Positions 43,101-55,100 of a DNA stretch of 64,000 bases are shown in pieces. The notes under the pieces were generated by a model. The model did not search any database. It was not told where the DNA came from and was given only the letters and a program-made list of their open reading frames with translations. The stretch comes from Perna viridis (Eukaryota), in the NCBI GenBank assembly GCA_037379345.1, contig CM074511.1, positions 5,828,001 to 5,892,000 on the forward strand, in the 5' to 3' direction. Every line of letters begins with the position of its first letter. The first letter of the stretch is position 1. A program made the position numbers and the translations under genes.

Positions 43101-46100
43101 CAATCTTGCATGGAATTACAAAAGAAGTTAAGTAACTAGAGGTGTTTTAGAAATTCTGTTCTAACTCAGTTTCTGCCATTGGTCTTTGTAGTAGGTTTGT
43201 TTTGTATTAGTATCATTTAGTATCTTGTTGCCATTCAGATTCTAATATTTCTAATACTGAATATATGACTCACAAGTGTCTTGGAAATGAACACTTCAGA
43301 TTGATGGCTCTGTATAGTGTTGACTTTACTTCAGGTATAAGTCAACATCATAGATTGTATAGTAACTAATGGGATTAGCTTTAAACTCCATCAAATAGTA
43401 ATTTGCTTCCAAAAGCACAATTTTCAAATTTGATGAAACATTCCTGAGATCCTCATCGATTTTGATCATTTTTCATTCAAGGGTTGTGTACTTTTTCCAT
43501 GGTGTGAATCTTTTACGGCAATCTGCATTGACAATTGCTGTTAGTTTAACATAAAGTAATCAAGTCCCAGTTTCTACAATATTGATTAAAAATTAATGAG
43601 GTTTTAATTTGATTTTGTCAACAATATCTCATTCTTCATTACTAGTTGTGTAATATTTATGATTGCACAATACAAACAAGCAAGAAGGTTTAATGTTAAA
43701 AATCCATTACATGTTACAGTTTGAAAGCCTGTACAATGTACTAAGGCATTTATCTTTTTTTCATGCAGATTCTTTTTTGCAATTGCATTATGTAGGTTGA
43801 AGTTTTTCCTATAAATCATACAGTTAAATGTTCTAATGCAATCAAGACAACTTTACACGAGTCTCTGAAGAATTGCTAAATCTTCCCATGTGTAGAATTG
43901 TGAAGGAAGCTGAATATTTTTGGATGGTTTTTAGTCAAGCTGGACAACATTTCAAGTTGACCATGCATTTATTCTTTAAAGGCTACTATGTCTGCTTTCC
44001 ATCAGTCTTTTCTAGTTGTGCCTGTCTGTAATTAAATATAGCTTTTCATCCATCTATGGTCAACCAAGTTGTCATACAATTTTAATCAGTAGAATAAGTG
44101 TCATTTACTGTAGCATATTAGTTCTGGTTTAAAATTTCCAAGTGTGTAATTAGCACAATATACTGCTGAAGGGAAGCAATTGATTAGTTTCTCTCACCAC
44201 AACTGTTTTAGAAAGGCAAGTAATTTGTTTCCAATCATCAACTGTACTTTACTTCAGATCATTGAAGATAAGTTTTTGTCTGGTATCATACAACAAAAGA
44301 CTATTATTAAGTATGTTTTAGTGAACCTTGGATTTGTTGAATTGATACTGCTCGGGGTTGTTGCTATGGTGTAGAACTTGAATTGATACTGCTCGGGGTT
44401 GTTGCTATGGTGTAGAACTTGAATTGATACTGCTCGGGGTTGTTGCTATGGTGTAGAACTTGAATTGATACTGCTCGGGGTTGTTGCTATGGTGTAGAAC
44501 TTATTAGATGTTGGCAGAGAACAAGGGACTTAAACTTTCCTGTGGATGTATGCTAGAATAATAGAACAACATATGACAATGACTCAATTATCAGTAAAAC
44601 ATTGTTGGTTGATTGGAAAGTGCTCTAAATAGTGTGCTCTATAGTACCCATCAACAATTTTCCAGTTCCAAGTTTTATATCCTAAAAAAGGAGGTCTAAC
44701 AATGTTTTGACATTTGATGTACGTGCCAGGAAATGCATGTCCTACCAATCCCCTTTTTCCTTGATCCATAGGGAATCCTTAGTTGTGAAAAATGCCTTGT
44801 TTTCATTAAACTCTGTAATTTGAACACCATGGTAAAAGATAAGAAGGGTGGAATAAGTAAGAACTTAATAAAAAGGGCAGACTCAAACTCTCTATCATAA
44901 ATTCTTCCAAGCATCACAAATTCTAAACAAGCTTAATTAACCTTACAGCTTTGGAACATATCTTAAAAAATTAAGCTAATCAATTTGGTGGCAAGTTTAT
45001 CCTCTTTCAAGGTGAAGAATTTATTGGAGAATGATGATACAAGCCAAGAGAAACATGATTAAATCCTTCCATCAGAGAATATTCAGGTGGTGATTGTATA
45101 TAATTAAACCTAACAAACTGAAATATACTGGTACTATCTACAGTACAGTGCTCTCTTTGTTAGAACAAATTGGCAGTATTGTTTGTTTATTCTCAACACC
45201 TTATACTGTTTCCTGGTGTGACAGTAGAAGGCTTGTAAGGTTCTGTTCCTGGTCTGACAGGGCTTCTAAACTTCTAAGGTTCTGTTCCAGGGCTGACAGT
45301 AGAGGACTTGTAAGGTTCTGTTCCCGGGCTGACAGTAGAGGACTTGTAAGGTTCTGTTCCCGGTCTGACAGGAGAGGACTCGTAAGGTTCTGTTCCTGGA
45401 ATCATTTAAAGCTGTCAAATCTATTAGACCTTGCTAGCTAAAACTAAAAGAAACCTACAAATATTACTACGTTTTAAAAATTTGCTTAAATATTATAACA
45501 GTTATGGAGTTAATAGGCTCATGCAAGTTTCCCAGGCTATGTAGTGAAAAAATTAGCTTCATTGTTGAAGCAAGTATATGTTATGAAATTCATTTTATTT
45601 ATTTTTTTTTCTTTGCCAGTTTGGTTGATAGTGACATTTTGCTGTCAAACATTCTTAAACAACAAAAATTGTTATATCACCTTATTAAGCATAAATGTAC
45701 TGAATACAGTTTATTTGTAGGGCCATATTTGATATAATGCTAACATAACCCTTTGGGTCAAAATGCTCAGGAATATTAGATGTTAAACTTTATCACGTAA
45801 GTGCTCAAAAGTTAGATTTGGAATGCTCAGCATTAATGTTATTATAAAGGGATAATGTAGGCATTATTTTACTCCACAATGTCTGTAATAGCTTGAGTCA
45901 GTGGTACTTCTCTTTTATTACAGAAGATTTCTTAACACCTGGAAGGTATTGTACAAATGCTGTAAACATTCCATTTCCTTCATTAAGCTTTTAATTTTAC
46001 AGTTAGACAGTATTTTAACTATCTTACTTTAATGACTGTACAGGTGTTGTGTGATGATACATGTTTCTATACACCTGTGCTTGTAATAGTGAAGGTTTTA

Positions 46101-49100
46101 TAGTAAAAATGTATAGTTGGATTATACCCAAACATTTTAAATACCTCAGATTGGGTTAAGAACAAAAGAATTTTTCTATTCTTAGTTTTTAAAGAATTCA
46201 TATTTCAAATATGCAGTCCTAGGATTTCAGACTTATTGATACCATAGTTTTTTCAGTAAAGGCTCAGAACATTACAGTTATAGAGAGAAGACGTGGTCAA
46301 AAACTGAACTTTATATTTTTTCCCAGTTTTTTTAAGCTAAAGTTAAGGTTGCTCTATTTTATTTTAATAAACAAAATCTTGAAAATGTTATTTTTATTTG
46401 ATACCTAACTGACAAGGAAGTAAATTAGCCTTTACTTTCATTAGTATCCCCCCTTTTTAAGGTTTCATGACTAATCACAATGATGTCTCTGATGACTTTC
46501 TCCTAGACCTTATCTATACAGCTTTCTGATTGATCTCCCTGACGGCCATGGCATATTTTTACCTGTCAATAAATTTCTGAACAAACAGAGGAAAATAATT
46601 GAAATTTCAATCAGTCAGGCAGTACTAAGTGACAAAAGCCTAAAAATCCTATTTTTGATGTGTGCTTTTCTCGTTGATGTAAACAGATTTTTCAATTACC
46701 ATTGAATTATTTTGATAACAATATGCTTCTAGTTAATGAGAAGCTATTACCTAGCATTATTATTTTTGTGGTATGTGACTTTCTAAATGAATTTTCTGAT
46801 TTTTTGTCAATTGATTAGTAAAAATGATGTTACAGTCTTAGAAATAGAAATAAGAAACACATCAACATTTTTATGACTAGTAGAGGTATTTCCAGCTTAC
46901 ACTATTGTTAACTCTATAAACTAACAACCCAGTAATTGATTAAACAGTGGTATCAAAAACAAAATACTTGTATGATTTTGTATAAAAATGAATAAACACC
47001 TGTCATTTGGTTAATGTATTGGAAACTAATATTAACATAATCTGGTGTTTTTGGCAGTAGCAGTGTTTGATCAGTATCTGAATTGGAACTGATGGTAGAA
47101 AATCTGAAGAAATCAAAATATTGATGTTCAAACTTTTGATGCACTGATGTGCTTTCAGACAAACAAGCTTCCTATCTGATGCTCAAAAGACAAAAGCGAC
47201 ATCTAAAACTCTTGTTATGTAAAGGGTTATAGTGAAGATTACTACAGAGGGATCAGTGGTGTATATATTGTGGTTGGTTTGGTGCTTCAGTCATGCATGT
47301 GCACAGAAGTACAAAAAGCTGGCTCTTTACCCATGCTATCTTGTTCAGACTTATCAGTTTTTCTAAAATCAGGTTTCCACAGGTGCTATGATATGTACTT
47401 TTTATTGTTTTATATTTTTGTAGCCTGCTTAGTATTGTTTTTACACCCAGTTGTATCATCAGCTGCCAGATAAGCCTTTTTTTTTGTCAGATTCAAACCT
47501 GATGTTTTATCACTGAACCATGTTTTTCTTTCCTTAAGTTAACAGAATTAATTGTACTCTATTTGTCTACATTCCAGTTAATGTGCAGTTAATACATGTC
47601 TCGTAGTGCTGGTAGAATTTCACGTCAGAAAGATAGTAATCTTCCTTTCTACATGCAGCATCTGACCATTGAGGTGTTATTAAGTCAGTGAGATTCAGCT
47701 AGACAGTTTTGAGATTTGAAAGTTTTTATAGAATTTATTTGTAGACAGAACAAGAGATTTCTAAATGGTTTCAATCTAGACACCTTCTCAGATTAAAAAT
47801 GGATAGGGTCTTTTGGAGATTAATAAGTCGATAATATTTTAATTTTAGAAAGTATATCTATGTAATTTGAATTTGATTGGTTTATCAGACAATTTTCTCT
47901 TGAAATTAATGTGTTTTCTTGAAGTATGAAGGGTTAACTGGTTTTTATACGTCAGTCTGTCAGTAGATTGATCTTCGTTCTATAATGATAAAACAAGTTT
48001 CTTGATGTCTTGATTCAAAAGGAAACAAAACTGGAAGATGTTTCTCCTTTAATCTAAGGCAGGAACCATTTGATTGCGGAAAGGGGGCTATGGATTAATT
48101 TATTATTATTATTTTTTTAATGTTTTGCTTCTTATTAATTTAGAAAAAAATTGTTTGTGATTTGAAGAAAGTTCTTTTTGGAAAAAAAATCTGTAGCCCA
48201 AACCCCCCTCTTTCCCCTGAAAAACAAATGATTGCAGCCTAATAGGAATATATATATGGCTAGTATGACAGGGACACTGTTACTACATACATTTGATCAT
48301 GATATAAGATATTTAGTAATATCTAGCAATAAGTGTGATATGAAATGAAAGTACACAATTAATTATCTTCCTGTTAATTTGTTCTGGTATCTTGTCTTAG
48401 ACATCTTTATGAGGAGGGATGTAGAAATTCTGTTGATCATATAATATGAGGAAGTAGTTCTCTATTTCAGCAATACTGTAAACATAATGACCAGTGTAAT
48501 GGTAACAATTATTACATTATCTTTTTTATATCTCTTGGTAATTTGCTGTAATACATGATAATGGCAATCTGGGGTATGGTAAGGAAACCTAACCAAAGTT
48601 TCAGAAATAAAATGGTCCTATTTTATTCAACCTTGGTGTGTGTGTGATAGTGCTGGTCTTCAAGAACAATTATTTAATGACACCAGCCACTTCCTTGGAA
48701 CCTGAATTAGTGTTGTCATCACAATAATTCAATCAAAGACTGAAGTCTTCAAAGTCTCTTATCATCAAATATTCTATACCACTGATTTTGGCTTGCTTTC
48801 AACATCCGAATCGAATATGATATGCTCTAAAATAAGGTGACTTTTGCTAGAATCTTGGTTCCCTTGTTATGATTAATCTTTCATAACCTTGATGACCCGA
48901 ATGCACATGTCCGAATGTTTTTCAATCAAAACAACTTGTTACTAGGAAGGGTAGGTAATGTTTTCATTCCTTTCTTTCAAATTTTAAGTGATCTTTTGGG
49001 TCGTTTATGATCTTGATCAGGGAACCAGATTGGGAACCAGATTAAACAACTGGCAATGATTATACCGTTACAGATCATAAACATTATCGGGCCCTTATGT

Positions 49101-52100
49101 TTTTGACCTTATATAGTTAATTGTAATGAGCCTTTGTGTCCAAATCAGAGACTGAGTAATGTTACATTGAGGTCAATGGTGGCCAATCATTTCATCTTTT
49201 AATGTAATTTTCCCATTCTCATACAAGCAAAAAACACACGTAGACGTGTATGATATTTAAGAAGTACATTTTGATCTGTTATGAAGCTAGAATTGACGGT
49301 AAACATGGCACCAATCAGCAACAGTGCCCCGTGCAGGTCCCGGTGTTAAAAGAATAGGCCTGCAGCAACGCTAAGCTTGTCGTAAAAGGTGACTAAATAG
49401 TGCTCAGAACCCTAGCCAGGGGCTAGGGCGCTCTGCCCACAGAGCAACTGGGATGTGTGCCCCAAGTGGTGGAATGGAGTACCCCTGGCGTGTTACATGC
49501 TGGGGTTGTCAGGCTATAATACGGAAAACCTGACCGCAAACCATAGTGGTGCACCGTGTTGGGAAAGATGCCACATTCCTCGCACGTTAAAGAACCCTAC
49601 TGTGGTATTCTCCCGGAGTAGGAACCATAGGGCTCCGCCACAGGAGGCTAAATTGCCCGACCCTCCCTATTTCTAGTGGCAATCAAAATTTGTCGACCCT
49701 TTTGTCCTTGTGTCCCATCCCTTTTTCATTTCATCATCATTTCATGTTCATTTTAACATCAATTTCATGTTAATCGTCTGAATATAGCTGAAATATTGCT
49801 GCTCGGACGTTAAATCCCAACAAGCAAGCCAGCCAATCAGCAGCATAATGTTGAGTAGTAATATATAATTATGCAAATCATATGCAAATGTAAAGAACTG
49901 AAATTAGAAGTGCAAGATGTCACTAACAATATTAGCGACTTAAGAAGCCTGTTCCATTAGTGTGGTTTTATTTATTACAGGGAGTAAAATAGTCAACTAA
50001 AGGGGATGGTCTTCCTTTAATATAATGACCATGGGTAGTTAACTAGGCATGTGACTGTCTATCAGACATGGATTCATTAACCTATAGAATAATACAAAGT
50101 TAACTGTGTTAAGTAGTTCATTGTGAAATGGTCATTTAATCAAAGGAAAGCAAACTCTATCCCCTGAAGTAAAATGTCTGACAGATACTTGATAGTTTTG
50201 TTCAGACCACCCGAAATAATTGGCAATATTCTGCATCTGAAGGTGAACCATTTGCACCTGAGATTTCTACTGTATTCTGTTCGTCAACTTATATCACACC
50301 TATTCTTACACCTGAATCATTTTGCTAAAGATTCTTATCTGTATTTTCTGATTGAATTCAAGCCTCTGGGAGACCTCCAGTTGTGTAACTGACATCATCA
50401 ATATTTTTTGTCCTATCTTGTGATAAATCAGACATTTGTAGTCATGCCAAATTGTACTAGATGATTACTATAATAATGTGTGTAATATGATGTGGTGCAA
50501 TATGGTTTGACATAGTGGTCAGTTAGGGAATGCTTTGATCAGAGGCTTGATTCAATCAGTTTGTTCTCATAATGCAAAAAAAAATGTTGCTCAAGCAAGT
50601 ATTGTAATTTGTTAAAAATTTGTTAAAGTCTTCATTTTTTATATAGGTGCATATATTCAATTTTGATCAGCTGTCTGCAAGGGTGTTATAGCAGTACAGT
50701 TATGCACATTATCCACTCTGCAGATATAGGATTTATTGTGTACGATGACTTGGTGATATGAAGAAGTCATCTTCCAGCTTTAGGACCCAAGTCTTTGCCA
50801 AGTTTCATATTTTTTCTATTGTTCTTTCCAGCTCCAGGAACCCCACCAAGGAATGTGGTAGCCATACCACTAAGTGCTGTGACACTCAACGTTAAATGGG
50901 ATGCCCCAGAGAAACCTAATGGAATTATCAAGGTTTGAGATGATAGTCAAATTAAACAGTAGATTAATGGAATAGAAACAAGTCAAAACTTTATTAAGCT
51001 CTCAATAACTTGTGCTGCTTGGAATACACAAATATTTTTGTTTCCAAAAGTGTAAAAACAGCTTACCTGAAGATGGGTATTTCATAAAACACAACAATTA
51101 CTCATGAAATTATATCATAACTGTAAACATCCTAATAATATGTGAATATAGTAGTTTACCAACCCTACATGTTAAAACAGTTATTGGATACACACACAGA
51201 TTCCTTGTGGAAGTTTTTTTTTATTAAGGCCAAAAAAAAATGTCTGTTTAGGGTTACATTCCTCCCAAAAATAGGGTAGGTAGGTAGGCATTTTCATTTA
51301 ATATTTTTTTTTTTTCATTTTATTTTTTCTCGACTAAAGTTGAACCTAAAATAACCTCATGTTTAAGTCATGAAAGTGTTTGGTTTTAAGTAGAAAGTTT
51401 AATTTTTAACATACACACCTATTAATCATGTCTTTTATTACAATACACTTATTTTTTGTAGGAATTTTTAATAAAATATAAGTACAATTTATTTTAAAAT
51501 TTTACCTGCAAATATATTTTAAAAAGTTACAAATTTCTCTGTTCATTGATGTACTTTTTGAAAGACAAAGTGAAAAATGCATATTTAAATGAATTAAGTG
51601 TTATCAAAATGTTTCATTCATTTGTTTTATTAAACCTTGAGTATGAAGAATGTCTGACCTGTATGTTATAGATGTACAAACGTATGTCTTGTACCGTAAA
51701 ATAAGTGGCAACAAGCAGAAACCACTACCCTGTCTTGAGCAGCTGAGTTCACTCTAGAACTAATACAAGTTCATGTTGCTGATTGTAATATGTGTATCTT
51801 CATTGTGTTGTTCTATGTGTCGTCTATGTCTAATTATTTTGTCTGGTTTTGGGTTTTGGACTTCAAAATTCAAACCTCCGTAAGGTTTTAATGTTTAGTT
51901 ATTAAAAAACTATCAGTCTAAAACTATCAGTTTGACACTGGACAAAGACGGGGGGATAAAATGCTCTTGAATATAATCTGTTTAAGTTGTAATTGAACCT
52001 GTACAAGAAAAATCTAATTATATCATGTACAATTACTTTAAATCTAGGAGAATGTTTAAAGAACTTTAATCAAGAACAAAATTTTTAAGTATTGTTCCAC

Positions 52101-55100
52101 AAAAACCAACTATGTCAAAACAACATGGATGTCCTGTTTAACACTTTAAAGTATTTAATGCAATATTTTTGTTGTTGTTGTTGCTATTTAGGCCATATCA
52201 AGTAAATTATAAATAGATTCTCATCCACATATGTTAAAAATATTTGTAAAAATTCCAAAATAAAATAACTTAGCAGTTATTAAGTTTGAGTGGTGGGGAT
52301 CAGAATCTACATATTAATTTGATGTGGCCTATGGATAGTAAAGTGAATAAAGTTTCATTAAGATCCAACTGACTTTTTCCTTAAAGTCAACCAATCAGCT
52401 TCAATGTGAAGGTCTGTGAAAGTACACGTAAATCAAACTGAGAATACACAAACTGAAACCTCTGGCATTAAAAGTAAGCCCTTCACTATACTATAATATC
52501 AAGTCTACTCTTGGTGTCTTAAGAAAAAACTAGTACAAATAAAAGTACAGGATTTATTATATTTTAGTGCCATGATACTTGTGGCTTCCATTGTGCTCAT
52601 CATCAGTAATATGCTTGGATTTACGTGATATAAATCAGTCTCCTATTCAAACGCTATTGTGACCTGGTTTTAAACATACTTTTGGTTTTACCGGAAATTG
52701 GCAAAAATTACCGATTTTGATAATTTTGGAGAAAAAATGTATTAGGGTTTGGAGAAAAAATTAGAGCCAGTTGGGAAACCCAAAACATACATTTTTTTAT
52801 TTTGGCCTTAATAGTGTATTTATTTATTGAATATTTCAGTTCTATGAGCTTAGTTTGACCACAGTAAAGGTTTCTTGTAGTACAGAGTTCTGTGATTGTA
52901 ATTTAACAGAAAAGAAAGACCTTATTTTTTTGGCAATTCTTGAAGACTTTAGGTTGATCAATAATTTTCTTTCAATGACTCTCTTTGTAGGGATACAAGA
53001 TATTTTACACATTAGAAGCAGACTTGCCCATAACTTTATGGCACCAACATGATGTACCATTACCGCAGGCAAACCAAAGACAGGCAACCATTACCCTACT
53101 GAAGCCTAACAAGACATACAGTTTGTGTGTTCTAGCCTATTCCAACCTGGGAGAAGGTCCAATCTCTGACTTGATCCAAGTCATGACCAGGCCTGGAGGT
53201 ATATCATGTTAGATAGCCCTATCTTCATCAATAATGATTTAACAGAAAATTGTAGAGGCATATTTAGCAAGTAGCACGCAAAGTTGAATGCTGGCATGAG
53301 CTAACCATGTTTTATTTCTTCAGTAAAGTTGTTCTTGCCATCTTTTCATGGAGGTAAAGTTTTAAAGATGATGAATGTACTCCATTGAGACCTTGAATAG
53401 AAATTAATTCTGATTTGATGGGAAAATTATTATGTATAGATTGGAATTTTACTGTGTGAGTTACATCACTTAGTATTATAAGAAAATTAAAGGGTTTATA
53501 TTTGATAATTCATTATAAAGCATGGTTTTATATTGTAGCGCATGCATACCTTACACATGACATAAAATAGTAATCGCATTACAATGCATGATAACATCAT
53601 TCTCCAAACTGTACTATTATTTGCATGATTTGTACCATACAACTTAAAGAGCCAGAAGAAAGCCTATTATATTATATATCCTTTACAATATCCATTAGCA
53701 CACATTCTCCTATTTCACACTTCCCACTATGACAGTTTGTGTCCTGCCAAAGTTTTGCTGACTAAACAGTCTGTGGCGTATGTGCTCATTTGTTTACGTG
53801 TCAGTATATTCTCTGTCTGTCTGTTTGTCAAGGTTAAGGTCTTTGTTAGTGATAATTAAATATGGTCATTTTATAGTAACATACCTTTCCACAGGCAATT
53901 TCTTTATTTTGAGCATATTTTGTTCCGGGTATGAGGGATCTATTTTTAGAGGTTGGCATCAAATACTGGCTTTCTTGTTATGTCATGGAAATCGTGTGCA
54001 TCTTGTTCATGCTACTTGTATCTCAAGAATTATAAAAAGATTTTAAAATTTCTCTGAATAAAACAAGACATGATTTACAATTTAAATTTTCATTTGTAGA
54101 AATAATTGATTAAAAGCATATTTTATTTACTTTGGCGCCACTTCTCATTTTTCAGTATCATCAGTGTCTCATTTATGATTACATGTCCCCTTCATAAAAT
54201 GATTTTAAATATTTGAGGAAATCAGAAATACATCATAATAATGTGTGCATGCTTAGAAATGTGATATTAAAAGTCCTGTAATGACATAAACTGTGCTGAG
54301 TAGCAACATATATAATCATTAGTTAATGTGATTGTGAATGTAATGAAGGCTCCAGAAGATCATTATCTACCTCATCCATAGAGCACTATTATCCTCGATA
54401 TATTCCTCACTGCACCAAGGTAACACTATTCTCACTGATATTTGAAAGAGCCTTGGAAGAGTGGAAGCCATACTTTTGACCAAGTCAACAACAACAACAA
54501 CAAAAAAAAACATTTATTTCAGTCATAGGTTTTCAAGACTCTACAAATCATGAAACGTCAGTTAAATTTTAATCAAAATACTCTAGCTTTAGAAAAAAAT
54601 GTTTTCCTCTTATTTTCTGTTTTTGATCATGATTTTTGTCGTATGACTAAAATAAGCATACAAAACATTAATTCTTTGTAAGTGATGTGAAATGTAAAAA
54701 TTTCTTTGTGACAAACAGTGACCTTGAATGACTTCTGGAGTCTTGGAGAAATGTTTTGTGGGAATGCTTTGTTTTGACCAATGAAAATTGTGTTTACAGA
54801 TGAATGTTTAGCTAATCCTTACAAATGTATCCAATATCCTGGTAAGTTACTACACCCGCAGGTCACTAATTTGGATGAAAAATATCAAAAAATGGGTGAA
54901 AATTGTTAAGCTGGAAAGTAAAGTAAGGTGTTCTTAGTCATGAAGGCAAAAATAGTTGGTTCAGTCAGATAAGTGTGGAGTACGTGACCACATACAGAGA
55001 TGAGGCATATTTTATGAAATTTGACAGGATGTTCTTCCATTTGTACCTTGTCGACTTTTTATCTGAAATGATTTTATCATAATTTCCATTCCTCATAGAA

